DNA of 63,096 bases, the filler included, from Octopus bimaculoides (lineage: Eukaryota): the NCBI RefSeq assembly GCF_001194135.2. It is 4 parts of 3 records of this genome, joined end to end, with 100 filler letters (N's around TTAATTAATTAA, not from the genome) between each part and the next. Parts side by side here need not be neighbours in the genome. Positions count along the whole stretch, not along the records: positions 48,486 to 60,800 come from NC_068981.1; positions 60,901 to 63,096 come from NC_068981.1; 2 more parts are not named here. One strand, 5' to 3'. Below are positions 49,400-62,633 of this stretch, one piece after another. The notes below the pieces were generated by a model, which was not told where the DNA came from, searched no databases, and saw nothing but the letters and a program-made list of their open reading frames with translations. Made by a program: the position numbers and the translations under genes. The stretch's first letter is position 1. Each line of letters opens with the position of its first letter.

Positions 49400-52300
49400 C
49401 AAGATGATATGTCAAACAGAAGTTATTCGAATATAGTTCCTCAAGTTCATGCGTATTAAGAATTGTGGGCGCCTTGTACACATCAAATTATGTATGATCA
49501 GGATTGTAATATGTGAATGTGTGTTTATCTGCGTGTAGGTATTTGGATAATGGTTCAATGAATTTATTTATAATGCGCTCCTTTGTTAATTCTGTCGAGA
49601 GTGAATCCTCGGAGCATAACAGGTATTTCTGGGATAGAGTGTTGTAGGGACTCGCGTGTCTAAGTATGAATCATGTAAGGTCGTATTTTGTCTTCACTTC
49701 CTGAAGACTCTAGATAAAATCGGCCAGTGATGTTACATGTCGTTCAAGAATATTTCGAAAGCTAGCGATGTCGTTGTGGTTGCAGTATCGATTTTTGAAA
49801 AAATCGGCCGATGCCCCGTAGGGGCCTCCTCTAGTGTTTATAGTGCACTTGTGTACCATGTTCTTAGTCGTACATTGATTATCCAAAGGACAATTGGATC
49901 TATCTCTGCATGAGTATAACGGTTTTATTTTGTTGGCTCGTCTACATCGAGCGCTGGAGGGATGGCTCTGTTCGGGATGTCAATTGTCAATATTATCGTT
50001 TTATTATCACTAGGTGTTCTCAATTCATTATTTGAATTGTTGCGGGTGTTATCTTTTGGATGGTTATCATGGATATTGTAATTATTACTCTGTTGGTTGG
50101 TAGTATAATTCTAGTTATAAACGTTGTCTTTAGGTTATGTTTGATGTTATGTTTGATGTCGAGAAGGTTATTTTGAGTGCTGACTAATCTTCACCTCAGT
50201 TTACGGTTGTTAATCCTATGAATATGGTGCTCTAAGTCTGAAAATTTGCTCTGATAATTTGCATAGGATAGTTTTATAGTGTGACGGTTGAATATTTTGC
50301 TGTACACTCCATTTTTAAGGAAGTAGCGATCAAGTGCGGTGAAAAATTATTACGCGATCTTAGACGAGATATTGAAGTTTCAAAATGAGTTATGCAAAAG
50401 GACGTCATGGTTTTTATATTTTCGGTTAGGTCTGTTTGTCTGTGTGCTTGGAGCGGCAATTGGATTTTGTGGCGTTAGGTTTAATTTGTTGTCGATTACA
50501 AGTTTTCTCTAACTCATGGTTGATTCTAATGTGTCTGGGTTTGGTTAGTCTTATCTTATGATTTGGGTTTCTAGACTTTGTGTGTGTAGTTATTGTTGTG
50601 CTTGGTAAGGTTGTTATAATGAATCGTATTATTACTAGTTGGGTTATAAGAGTTTGGCTATTATTACTACTACTGGCACGTTGGATTTTCTCACGCTATC
50701 CGGCCTTAGCTAAGGCTGAGTTATAATAAGGTGCGTGTATGCTGAATATATTTTCATTTGAGGATAACCTGCATATTCTAACCAAGATGTTAATAACGAG
50801 CCCCCTAATTATTGATGGTGAATGATTAGCTCCAAAGTTGATGTATTTTCGGTTCTCATTAGGTTTATGAAACGGTTCGTGTAGACCAGTATCAAAATCA
50901 AAAGTAGCATCTAAAAAGTTGACTCTACAGTATTCATTGATTATAGTGATAGAGACTCCATTATTAAAAAAAAACTTAAATAGAGATTTTTTGTACTTTT
51001 CACGCTGTACTTTGCTAGATTTATGTAGGAAGAATAATGCGTCATCTCTGTATGGCCCTCCATTCAATTCAAGAATATATAATTGTATCTGGGATAGGAT
51101 GTAAATTCCTACAAGGTCAGTTACTTCTGCAGAATCAAATGATCCCATAGCTATGTCAAACGTATTTGGAGTATCAGATCTATTCCATAAATCTGGAAAG
51201 ATCCGAAATATTTCTAGCAAAGATTAAAGCCTTATTTAAGAGGATAGGATTAATGTTGGCATAATATCCCTCGATGTCTAGTTGAATGAATTTGCTATGT
51301 TTACTTGTTATTAGGTTACTTGTTGGGTGTTGGGCCATAGTGCTGGGGTATTTCTAGATTGAAGTTGGGGTATAATCCTATCGAATATTGCCTTACTAAT
51401 CCTCCCAATGTCAGATTTTGAAGAGCAGATTAATCTAACAAAGGGGGCAATACAGAAGTTTGGCTTGTGATCTTTTAGTTGCATTCGAGGTTTGCGTGGT
51501 GCATAAGGTTCGGTTCTATCGTATATATTTAAGTTATTTACTATTTCTCATCCCTTTCTAATTATCACGGTGAGTGTATCGGCTTGTGCGTGTCTGTATT
51601 TGCCGCATGGTTCATGACGTATCAGATTGTTATAGAGCTTAAAGTCAACAATATAAACATTATCAGTTTTGTCAGCTGGTACGATTATTCCCTGGGCCTT
51701 TTCAAACTCATCAAGATTACGTTGGTATGGATGTGTTCTGATATAGTTTTTTTTCTAAATTCAATGTTTTTGACAATGTTGTATAACTCTTCCTCGAATT
51801 TAGCAAGTTGTTTGTTGATGGGTGGGTTGTTTCGTGATTTAAATTCGCGTTGAATATTTGATTGGTCACTGACTCGTTCTGTTGGTTTTCTTTGCGGTCG
51901 AAGAAGTGGGCTTTCCATCGCATTCTACGAATGAATTGGCTGGTCATCTCAAGAAGAATTATCATATAGTCTTTTCTACCTGGTATGGGTATGTCTTTGA
52001 GTGAGACGTCTAATAGCATTTTTCCATCTTCTCAGCACGTTAAAGGTAAGCACTGTCGTCCGTAATACGGGTGATGGTAGTTAATGATGGAGAAATTGTA
52101 CAAAATGTATAAATAGATGATGAGTAAAGCACTGGCAGTTTCGATTACCTGTTGCAGGAACTTCGTAGTGGCGGCTGGGTTAACAGTATTAATAAAATAG
52201 GAAATGTAATGTGTAATAGACTTTATTGGGTACACCACATGTTTCGACTCGTTCTGGGTCTCTTCAGGTACATCAATAAAAAGTTTCACTAGAGATTTCT
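49400..52300 (-). mobile_element. Penelope-like element (Naiad-like), near full length, frameshifted
   Basis: SLKDIPIP..FIRRMRWKA.FF; FKS..PP..L..FE; RT FDIAMGSFDSAEV..LVG.YIL, YRDD, VNFLD.TFD, KPN; C-terminal GIY-YIG traces CPL..QC..KNMV, F.NRY.NH, LLC. Confidence 0.9.
52222..52280 (-). ncRNA. Type I minimal hammerhead in the Penelope 5' region; position 17 is G
   Basis: TTTATTG-A-TGTAC-CTGAAGA-GAC..GTC-GAAACATGT-G-GTGTA-CC-CAATAAA; palindromic helix III ACATGT. Confidence 0.75.
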
Positions 52301-52757
52301 TGAGTCGGCTTACGTACTGCTATATGTCCATCAAATTCAAGAATGAGTAGAATCAGTGAAAAATTATTGAAAGGCAAAAAAATTCAAATATGAACAGGGA
52401 AAGTATATATTCTAGTTTAGAGAAAATGACGTAATGAGCTTTCGCTATTGTAACTGTTAAGAGGCAGAAAAGGAAGTAGAAGTTGAAAAGAAGATAATAC
52501 TTAGACGGTTTTTATCATTATCTATATAATATTATGTTATGTTATATATTATATTCATACTATTTAATGTAATATTGTAATATAAGTAAATTATTGAATG
52601 TCAATGGAATATTTCTATATTTATTTTATCTCTAATATTGAATTATATCAATATTTATATGGTATCCAACTGAAGTACCAGCGAATTGGATGTTTAACAC
52701 ACGCCTTTCAAAGATTTCTTTTCTTTTGTTACTTTATATATATAAATACGTACATAC

Positions 52758-52814
<57 letters not shown>

Positions 52815-53021
52815 TGTTATATATAATGTTATTCCTCGTACGTAATCTTAGCATTCAGCACAAGTCTTGCATTTGTAAAATGGTTCCCTGAAGATAAAAT
52901 TATATGCATAAACCAGCATCTCTTATTCCTTTGGAGTAGAGTGAATATAATTTTTGAAACATGTGTAGGAATTAAAAGAACTTATTGACTATATGCGTTT
53001 TGCTCCATTTATTATTATTCT

Positions 53022-53095
<74 letters not shown>

Positions 53096-53997
53096 TATCA
53101 CTTGTAATTTTATAATAATTTTCTCCTTCATATATTAGTTTTTTGTTCCTACTTTTTTCTGATTGTCTCCTCAACCTCAAGCTAGTTTTTGAGTAAGGTA
53201 ACTATCTTGAACACCCTGGCCGGTCTTGTCTGTGATCGATGCTTTTTTTCCTTGAAAAATTCTCTTCGGTCTTTTTTTCTTTGCATGTATGTACATTTTT
53301 ACTTAAATATTGTAACTTTTTGAAACATAGTCTTGCCTATCACTTTTTAGCCTCGTGTAATATATATACATATATTTTTCGTTTTTCAGTTTTAATATGT
53401 ATAACTCTCTATGTTTTTTTCTACTAGTCTGTTCCGTTATATTCTACTATACACACATGACCCTGTTTATTATACTTTTTCTCGACCTGTTACCATTTTT
53501 TAAACATACTCGTTAGATTTTTATTCTTATTTTCATGCTATAGTTTACCGCACATATAGCCGTGCATACACATTGATATGTGTGCCTTTTTTTCTCTTTC
53601 GTCTTTCTTACTATTATTATTACTGTTATTTTTCCCCTTTTGAAATTTACTTGTAAACATCCGATTTTCTCCTTATTACCCCATTTGTATTCTCTCTTAT
53701 TGTATCTTATTCTAATTCACTTTATTTTATTAAACCTTTTTTGATGTACTTACAAAAATTCTTCACACTAATGAAAATTACAATGCACAAATTTAATTAT
53801 AATTACTATGATTATAATTTTTTTATTACATATTTGTATTGTCCTTTGAAACTCGCGTATGTATTGAATCTTATTCTGTATTAAATCAAATTTTGATTCA
53901 AAATCTTTTTCTCCTCCATTTTTCTATAATTGTTTTATGGTATATTTATACCTATAACGATATTTTTCAACTATATATACATATATATATATATATA

Positions 53998-54470
53998 TTA
54001 TTGGTTTCAGCCCAGGGCTGAGGTCATGCTGTTGGACCACCTGTAGTTACTCGGTGTTGTTTCCGATATCGTTTTTGGTGAAGTAGCGAGTTGGATGGAG
54101 CTCCTCTTCTTTGCGTCTCCTGCCGCGATGTAGGCTCATCTGCTATTTCAGATAGAAACCTGTCCAGACGTTCCTTGAAAACTCCCACATCAACACCATG
54201 TAGATTTCTAAACTTGCCTGGAAGGATGTTGAACATTTGCGGGAAATTAAAACCCAGACTATTGCAGTACTGTGTCCTTATTTTAGATGGGGAAGACGGG
54301 ATCTTGGATATGATGCAGTGTCGCCGAGGATTGGTATAGCTGTCAATTCCAAAATTGGGAGCTAAACCCTCGAAGATCTTCCAAATATATGTCACTGATA
54401 TATCTCTCTCCTCTTCTCTCCAGGGAATAGAGACTCAGCTTCTTTAGCCTCTCCTAGTAGCCCATCTTTT
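53998..54470 (-). mobile_element. CR1-type LINE 3' end
   Basis: ERLKKL.LYSLER..YIWKIFEG.APN.GI..YCNSL.F..PQMFN.LP..LD.FL..DEPT.RQE..SNSLLHQ; tail ends in (TA)n. Confidence 0.88.
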
Positions 54471-55164
54471 GCCTCTTTTCCCACTTAGATCTATGAAATA
54501 TTTACTCCACAACAATATAAACGTATATTTATCCACCGACTTGGTGGATAAACAATTAAGAAAAAATAATTACTCGACCTTTTAAGTGGGTGATTACATT
54601 CAGTGGATGATTTGTGGTATTGCTAATTTACTTGATAAACAGAAGTACATTGATTAAATAGCCTCTTGGTCAGTGGATTTGAACTCATGACCCAAATCCG
54701 CCTAACCTTATAGACTATACTTAAAATACATAACAGTTAGCTGTTTGAGTCAATTATCCCGACTACATCTGCTATTTTGTTTAAAACACAAAAAAATGCT
54801 GGTTCTCTGCTTAATCAAAAGAAATCTTGAATATATTGGCATGTGTTGTTCATGATCGAGGGGGAAGAATAACGAAAGAAAAAGAAAAGAGAACAAATAA
54901 ATAAATAAAAAGTTTTGAAAATAAAGAATGAAAATAAAGCTAACAAACATGCTATACGTATCAACAGGAACGCAACGTAGTGTTCGTTCTCCTGCTGACA
55001 ACTCCATACATAATAGGTAGCTGCGGGCGATCTGTCAGCCTTGACTGTACTTGCAAGAATTTCCTTCGTAACACACGGTATTGAAAGAGTTTTACGTTAC
55101 CATGCAATTTACCTGAATATATTATATTTCTAAATTCTGTAGTTGCAATTGGAATGTTCAGATT

Positions 55165-58100
55165 AAAAGGGAGAAGAACTGACAGAATGTTGGACAAAAC
55201 GTTTTATGGTATTTAATTATATCTCTTTACGTTCTGAGTTCAAATCCCACCACGTTTGATATTATTCATCAGTAGGTTGATCAGATAGCGACGAGATAGT
55301 TACAGTTTTAGTTTTGAGATATACTTAATCGACTATACCCTTCCCTACAAAGTGTAAAGCGTTGTGCCTAATTAAGAAATTTAGGGGGCGAGGAAATAAA
55401 AGAAGCAGTAAGATTGCCTTACCAAATGCTTTGCGGTATTTATTTCGCCCTCTAGGTTTAATTCATACCGTGGCTGACTTTGAATCTCATCCCACCGGGA
55501 GTCAGTGTAGTATGAGTTATATGCTAGAGTCCATTCAACTGTATCATAGCGCTATGTACCAAGGGAAGTTAGAGAACTATAAAAAGGTGACTAGTTAGCA
55601 GAAAACTGCAGAACACTGAGGTAACTGTTAGATTTATTCATTTCATATCTCTTCCTATTCGATACTAACAGAGATCCTATTGATTGTACTCTCACTGCAC
55701 TACGATGTAACCTTGTGCCTTATCAGAAGATACTAATGGTGTATGACTATACTTTCTGAAGTATTTCGTTGCACAAGAGGTAGGCTGTCAACAAATATAA
55801 TCCTTACAAAAGGTTTTGATTCTCAGAGAAAGTTAACTTACTTCCATTACACAGCTAGCTTTCTTGAGAAAAGTATAAATGTCCCACAATCTCATTACAC
55901 ATTTGAATAACTTTTCTGACTAGCATTTAAGCAAGAAATAATTATATTGAAAGATTAAATACATTCTTAATTTTTACAGACTAGGCTTTTCAATTTTTTT
56001 ATTTTTCCATTATTAAATCAACATACAGCAATAACATGGATCTTTTTAATAAGATTAAAATTTTTTACAGATTGTTAACCTCATCTAAGAGTTGAAACAT
56101 TTCACATGTTTACCTTTAACCTATATTACGATCACTGCGTCTGTATTTGTCATAAGGTATCTGTATTATAGGATATGTACACAGTATCGGTCTGATTGTA
56201 ACTCGAAACCTATTTCTCAATTAATGGCCCTGACGTTCTTACCCGCTGTACAAAGAGTGCTATTAACCTTAGTTTATAAATGAAGGTTTCTTGCTCGAAT
56301 CTTGTCGGTACCATTTACATATCTCGGAACAAAACATCCAATTTTAATCAGAATGAAAAGAGATCGAAACAGTGTAGACGTAAATATCTATAAACGTTTC
56401 ACACTAACTCGAAAATATAAAACCATAAGGAAAGATAAGAAATGACAAAGTATCTTACAGATATATTAGTTTATTGGGGTAAATATGTGCATAGATTTAT
56501 GTTGGTAGTTATAGTAGCGTAGTTGCAGGTCTTCGGTTGAGTTTCGATTATTATCTGACAAAGCGTTGGAGGAAAGAAAAATGCCTTCCGGTATTTTCCC
56601 CGGCCATTTGTGTTCTGATTTCATATCTTATCGAGGTGAGATGTGCCGGGGTCGATAAACTGATGTTCCAGTCAAGTACTGGCGCAGATTTAATCAACTT
56701 AAGCCTATCACACGAAATTTATGTTAGAAGCAATTATTATCTGATAAAACCCAATCTACAGCAGTAACTGGAGTAGAGGCGGCTGAGTTACAGTTTGTAA
56801 TATTCTATGAAAATTAGATGCACACAGACTGCAACACAACGTTGGAACGTCTGTGTGGTCACTTTAGTTGCTAAAAATACCAGCCAGACCTCTCTTCATC
56901 TATATCCTGTCCTCTTAACGAATACACTGGATAATGTAGTCCAGGTATGCTAATACTAAAAATGTAAACTTGAATATTTTTGATAATAAATGTCCTTGAT
57001 CAGTACGACCTGGTTCTAAACAATAACAACAAAATTTTGATAAAATCCACTGCACATCACTCTTATGGTTAACATTTTTGTAAATGGTTTTGAAATTGCA
57101 ATTCTTATTTTCTCTGTCAGCAAAATTTCGGATCTTTACCCTTTACTCTAAAGAAATAAATATTTAAAGATCATATGTTTTGATTGATTGTTAAATTATT
57201 TTGCAGTAACTTTTAGATACTTCATTGTTATCCTATATTGATAACTTTAAAACATGGTGACTTAAACAGCTTCAAAAGGCCACGGTTAATCCCAAGAGTT
57301 TTTGTAATGTTAACAGAAAACATCAAAGGGTATTAGTTATCTCTTAACTCACATAAAACGGGAACGAGACAAGGAAATTAACTTTGATACATCTCATTAA
57401 AAACAATTTCTATTAATTACGACTCATTTCACATTGTTTTAATGTATTTAATTAACTTAATTAAAGAAATATGATGACAATAATTTCTTACACTGGCGCG
57501 AAACCACAGAATTGAACACGGGAATCGTTGTCGATTGAAAGATCCAAGTACTATAAGATGTTTTAAATTAGCACGTGACATAGGGTCCGTATGTTTAGCT
57601 GCGTATAGTTTAGACGAATCAGGAAGATCCAGGATATTTAGAAAATTTGTTTTAATGTATTGCAAGAGTGTACGTGTACTCTTTTATGACAAATTACAAT
57701 ACTAGAACTAATTTTTTAAGGTTGCAAGCTGACAGAATGCTTATCAACATTTCAGCCATCTTTACGTTCTGAGTTCAAATTCCACCGAGATCGACTTTGC
57801 CTTTCATCCTTTCGGACTCGATAAAAATAAGTACCAGCCCAGCACTTGGGTTGATGCAATCGGCCTCTACCATCTCTAAATTGCTGGCCTTGTGCCAAAA
57901 TTCGAAGTCAATATTTATAATGATTTGTTTTTCCTAATTTAGGTACAAGTCTAGCAATTTTGAGATAAAGGGCAAGTCGATTACTTCGGTTCCAGTACTT
58001 CACAAGTACTTTATTTTATCGATCCCAGGGAGAGAAAAGCAAAATTGACCCTGGCGAAATTTGAACTTAGAATTTAATAAAGGTTGTTTGCCAATATAAC

Positions 58101-58475
58101 ATGGTAGGCCTGGTTTAAGATTAATGTTGTTGTAATTTAACCCCAGGAGACACCGTCTCCAGTTGGCTATACGACACGATCTGTGTCCTTATCTTTTCGT
58201 ACAAAGGGTGCTAGATTCCCTTGTTCGAAAATATAAGGACACAGATCGTGTCGTATAGCCAGCTGGAGACGATTTCTCCTGGGGCTAAATTACAGCAACA
58301 TTAGTCGTAAACCAGGACTACCATGTTATGTTGGCAAACAATCTTTACGACAAAGCACTGATGCTGAATATCTCACGTTGTGAGATTTAAAAATTGTAAT
58401 TTTCAGAATATAATGTTTCGAACGAAGTGCTGCTGAACATATTGTCCGACGCACTAACGGTTCTACCGGCTCACC
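55165..58475. mobile_element. Several SINE family B/C copies (~55165-55450, 56520-56740, 56780-57030, 57715-57910, 57940-58475)
   Basis: TTCTGAGTTCAAAT, CTTTCATCCTTTCGG, GTCGATAAA motifs on both strands; CpGs largely retained. Confidence 0.7.
58081..58344. mobile_element. Foldback MITE, 112-bp TIRs, inserted in a SINE
   Basis: 58081-58192 is the ~89% reverse complement of 58233-58344; flanks ATAA/TTAC (degenerate TTAA, or TA). Confidence 0.92.
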
Positions 58476-58799
58476 ACCTTATTTTCTTAAATAATAAAAA
58501 ACTTTTTAAAAAGCTGATGTTTTGCAATAATACTCTTAACACTTTTTTCAGCGTACTGTAAATAGTTGAATAAAAGACAAAACAAAAAAATCTCTGGTCT
58601 CGACGAAATGTTATCGAACTCGGACAGTTGTAAGTTGAGTGGGTACTGACTAAAGCAAACCGATATTCGTCTGTGCTTACGGAAGCTAAATAAAACACTG
58701 CTGGATCAAACTCGATCCCCCACGATTGCAGAGCGAAGGCCTTCACCCTTCATCCATGCTGTTTCCACAGTGAAACTAAATAATGAAACATGTTATATA

Positions 58800-59485
58800 T
58801 ATTGTATTTTAATTGTTTCCCTCATTAGACTGCAGCCATGCTGGGGCAGTGCTTTGAATCATTTCAGTCGAACGAATCGATACAAGAACTCATTCTATCG
58901 GTTACTCTTTGCCGAACCGCTACGTTACGGGGCAAACCATCCCCGATTGTCAAGTGGTAGTGGGCGACAAACACAGACACAAAGATATTCACACATAGAT
59001 CTCGTATATATATGATGCATTTCTTTCAGTTTCCGTCTACCAAATCCATTCACAAGGTTCCGAGGTTACAGAAGAAGACACTTGCCTAAGGTGTTATGCA
59101 ATGGGACTGAACTCGGAACTATGTTCTTGGGAAGCAAATTTCCCATGCCTCTATTTCTCTCTCTTATATGTGTGTATGTGTGTGTATGTATCTCTTATTT
59201 CTTTCAGTCATTTGACTGAGGCCATGCTGGGGCACCACCTAAGAGGTTTTCACTCGATTAAATCGACCCCAGGACTTTTAAAATCCTAGTACTTATTCTT
59301 TCGGTCTCTTATATATATATATATATATGCATGACCGGCTCCTTTCAATTTCCATATACCAACTTATACGGCATTGGTCGGCCCAAGGCTATGATAGAAG
59401 ACTCTCGTCCAAGGTGACACGCTGTGGGACTGAACTCGGAACTATGTGGCTGGGAGGTAAGCTTCTTACCCCACAACCACGCCTA
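58800..59485 (-). mobile_element. Two SINE family A copies
   Basis: Reverse-complement tails at ~58800 and ~59185, heads at ~59120 and ~59470. Confidence 0.8.
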
Positions 59486-59860
59486 TATATATATATATAT
59501 NNNNNNNNNNNNNNNNNNNNNNNNNNNNNNNNNNNNNNNNNNNNNNNNNNNNNNNNNNNNNNNNNNNNNNNNNNNNNNNNNNNNNNNNNNNNNNNNNNNN
59601 NNNNNNNNNNNNNNNNNNNNNNNNNNNNNNNNNNNNNNNNNNNNNNNNNNNNNNNNNNNNNNNNNNNNNNNNNNNNNNNNNNNNNNNNNNNNNNNNNNNN
59701 NNNNNNNNNNNNNNNNNNNNNNNNNNNNNNNNNNNNNNNNNNNNNNNNNNNNNNNNNNNNNNNNNNNNNNNNNNNNNNNNNNNNNNNNNNNNNNNNNNNN
59801 NNNNNNNNNNNNNNNNNNNNNNNNNNNNNNNNNNNNNNNNNNNNNNNNNNNNNNNNNNNN

Positions 59861-59893
<33 letters not shown>

Positions 59894-59895
<2 letters not shown>

Positions 59896-60776
59896 CATAC
59901 AGGAACACCACCTTTACTGCGTCTGGGGATATTTCCAGTATTGCTACTGGTGAAGTAGCGAGTTGGATGTTACCGCTCTTCTTTGTGCTTCCTGTCGCAA
60001 TGTCGGTTTATCCAGAATTGCAGATAAAAAGCTATCTAGACGTTGTTTGAAGACTTCCATGTCTATACCTTGCAAATCCCTGATATTCTGTGGTAGGGCA
60101 TTAAAAAGTTGTAGTCGCTTGAATCTCAAGCTATTACAATATGGGGTTGCTATCTTCGTCAGAGAAGATAGGACATTTGGTACTGTGCAGAGCCGTACAG
60201 TTCGGGGATTGTTGTAGATTTCAATTGCGAAATTTGTAGCCATACCCTCTATTATTTTCCACATGTATAGCACTGTATATCGCTCACGTATCCTCTCCAG
60301 GGAGTAGAGTCCCAGTTTCCTCAATCTCTCCCAGTAGCCCATGTGTTTTACTGAGTCTGTCTTTTTTGTGAAATGGCGTTGGATCACTTCTAGTTCCGCA
60401 ATGAGTTTTACACTCTGTAGGGACCACAGTTGGGAGTAGTAGTCCACACGACTGAGGACAAAGGTTCTCCAAAGCAGAAGCACTGTGTCTCTGTTCCTGG
60501 TCCTGAAGCACCTAAAGATCCAACTTGCCAGCCGCCTGCATAATGTTGCCATCTGAGCAATGTGCACATGGAAAGTTGCGTCGTTGTTCATGTGGATTCC
60601 CAGTTCACGCACCGACTCTAACTCTGGGATTACATTGCCTATTGGTCCCGTGTACTTCAGTTGTAGTTTGTTTCTGGGCTGATAGCGGAGTGCTTGGAAC
60701 TTTGCGCCATTGAACGGCATATTATTGTCATCAGCCCATTTATATATTGCGTTCAGATCATTCTGCAGTCTTAGCA
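59894..60776 (-). mobile_element. CR1-type LINE 3' part, 277-codon open frame, flanked by (TA)n
   Basis: LQNDL..IY.WA..NNM.FN..KFQ.LRY; ELE.IQR.FT; YWERL..L.LYSLER; SNSLLHQ. Confidence 0.92.
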
Positions 60777-60900
60777 TATATATATATATATATATATATA
60801 NNNNNNNNNNNNNNNNNNNNNNNNNNNNNNNNNNNNNNNNNNNNTTAATTAATTAANNNNNNNNNNNNNNNNNNNNNNNNNNNNNNNNNNNNNNNNNNNN

Positions 60901-61125
60901 ACTCACTCATGCAAACACATACATACACACACACAAACACACACACACAAACACACACACACACAAATATACGCGTGCGCTTACACGTACATATGAATAC
61001 GAATATATCCGCGTAAATTGAAATACGCTAAAGTGCATTTAAGCTTTCATATTTAGTCTCCCTATGTACATAACCATGCATACACAAGCATGTATATATA
61101 TATATATATATATATNNNNNNNNNN

Positions 61126-61159
<34 letters not shown>

Positions 61160-62277
61160 GCTAATTCATATATCTAAGCACATACACATACACACGCATA
61201 TATATACAAACACAGATTCGTGTATATAGTATGTATACATTATACATACCCCGATCTTCGAGCAAAAACATTCCAGAATAAACATACATATATGGAGCAT
61301 TTATTTATACAGAGATGCATATAATGTATGCATGTATGTATGTATATGCTTATGTATACCTGTATACATGTGCGTATGCGCATGTGCGTACGTGTGTATG
61401 TGTGTACGTATGTGCATGTGTGTGCATGTGTGCGTGCATTGTGCATGTCTGTGCGTGTATGAGTGTGTGTGTGTGTGTGTGTGTCTATAAAAGGGCTGAC
61501 GAAATGTGCGTATACGTGAGCATGTGTGCATATTCACATACATGTACAAATTCCCATTGGCATGTATTTGTATATATGTATGTGTGTGTTGTGTGTGTGC
61601 GTGTGTGTGTGTGTGCCTACATATATACGCGTGCATTCTGTTATCGAATAAACAAATAAATAAGCAAATATATAAGGAAATAAATTCTATATAAAAAAAA
61701 GGGAAAAATAATTTTAAAATGTTGAATATTAAAAAAAATTGAAAAACAGGTAAAAAACGTATGTATATATATATGTATGTATGTATATATACATATATAT
61801 ATGTATGTATATGTATAAAAACGATTAAAATAGAAATAAAATAGGATAAGCATATATGTGTGTCTGTGTGTTTGTATGTGTGTACGTGTGTATGTATATG
61901 CGTTGATATATATATATAATATGTAATATGTAATATATAATATATTTTATATGTGTGTGTGTGTCAGAAACAAAAAGTAGGTAATATAAATAAATAGGTA
62001 AATAAAGAAGGAAATACATAAAAAAATATATATATATATATAAATGGGAAAAAAAATAAAAGAATGAAAATGAATAAATGAATAAATGAAGAGGAAAATA
62101 AGATATTGGAGAAGAGAAGGGGGGAGGGGTGAAACTTTGATGTTGAAGACGGGATAGATTATATGGTATTGTTGTTGGTGGTGGCGGCGGCGGCGGCAGT
62201 TGCGGCGGTAGAGGTTGTGGTAGTGGTGGCTGCGGTGGCGGTGCTGTTGGTAGAAGTGTTGGCGGCGGTAGATGTAT

Positions 62278-62318
<41 letters not shown>

Positions 62319-62320
62319 NN
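60901..62320. repeat. Compound di-/tetranucleotide microsatellites and purine-rich low complexity
   Basis: Direct reading. Confidence 0.9.
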
Positions 62321-62633
62321 NNNNNNNNNNNNNNNNNNNNNNNNNNNNNNNNNNNNNNNNNNNNNNNNNNNNNNNNNNNNNNNNNNNNNNNNNNNNNNNN
62401 NNNNNNNNNNNNNNNNNNNNNNNNNNNNNNNNNNNNNNNNNNNNNNNNNNNNNNNNNNNNNNNNNNNNNNNNNNNNNNNNNNNNNNNNNNNNNNNNNNNN
62501 NNNNNNNNNNNNNNNNNNNNNNNNNNNNNNNNNNNNNNNNNNNNNNNNNNNNNNNNNNNNNNNNNNNNNNNNNNNNNNNNNNNNNNNNNNNNNNNNNNNN
62601 NNNNNNNNNNNNNNNNNNNNNNNNNNNNNNNNN

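Noticed and set aside
49570-49920. Selenocysteine-encoding Penelope endonuclease (in-frame TGA)
   Set aside because: The TGA falls at an expected Trp position, a TAG is also present, and Cys positions are TGC/TGT/TAC; the element is frameshifted.
54961-55121. Minus-strand exon candidate GKLHGNVKLFQYRVLRRKFLQ
   Set aside because: Acceptor has little pyrimidine tract, the donor is ambiguous, and no homology is recognised.
59944-60777. 277-aa ORF as a domesticated gene
   Set aside because: The start is made by the (TA)n junction, it lacks the RT core, and it shows substitutions at positions conserved in the second copy; it is a young truncated CR1-type LINE.
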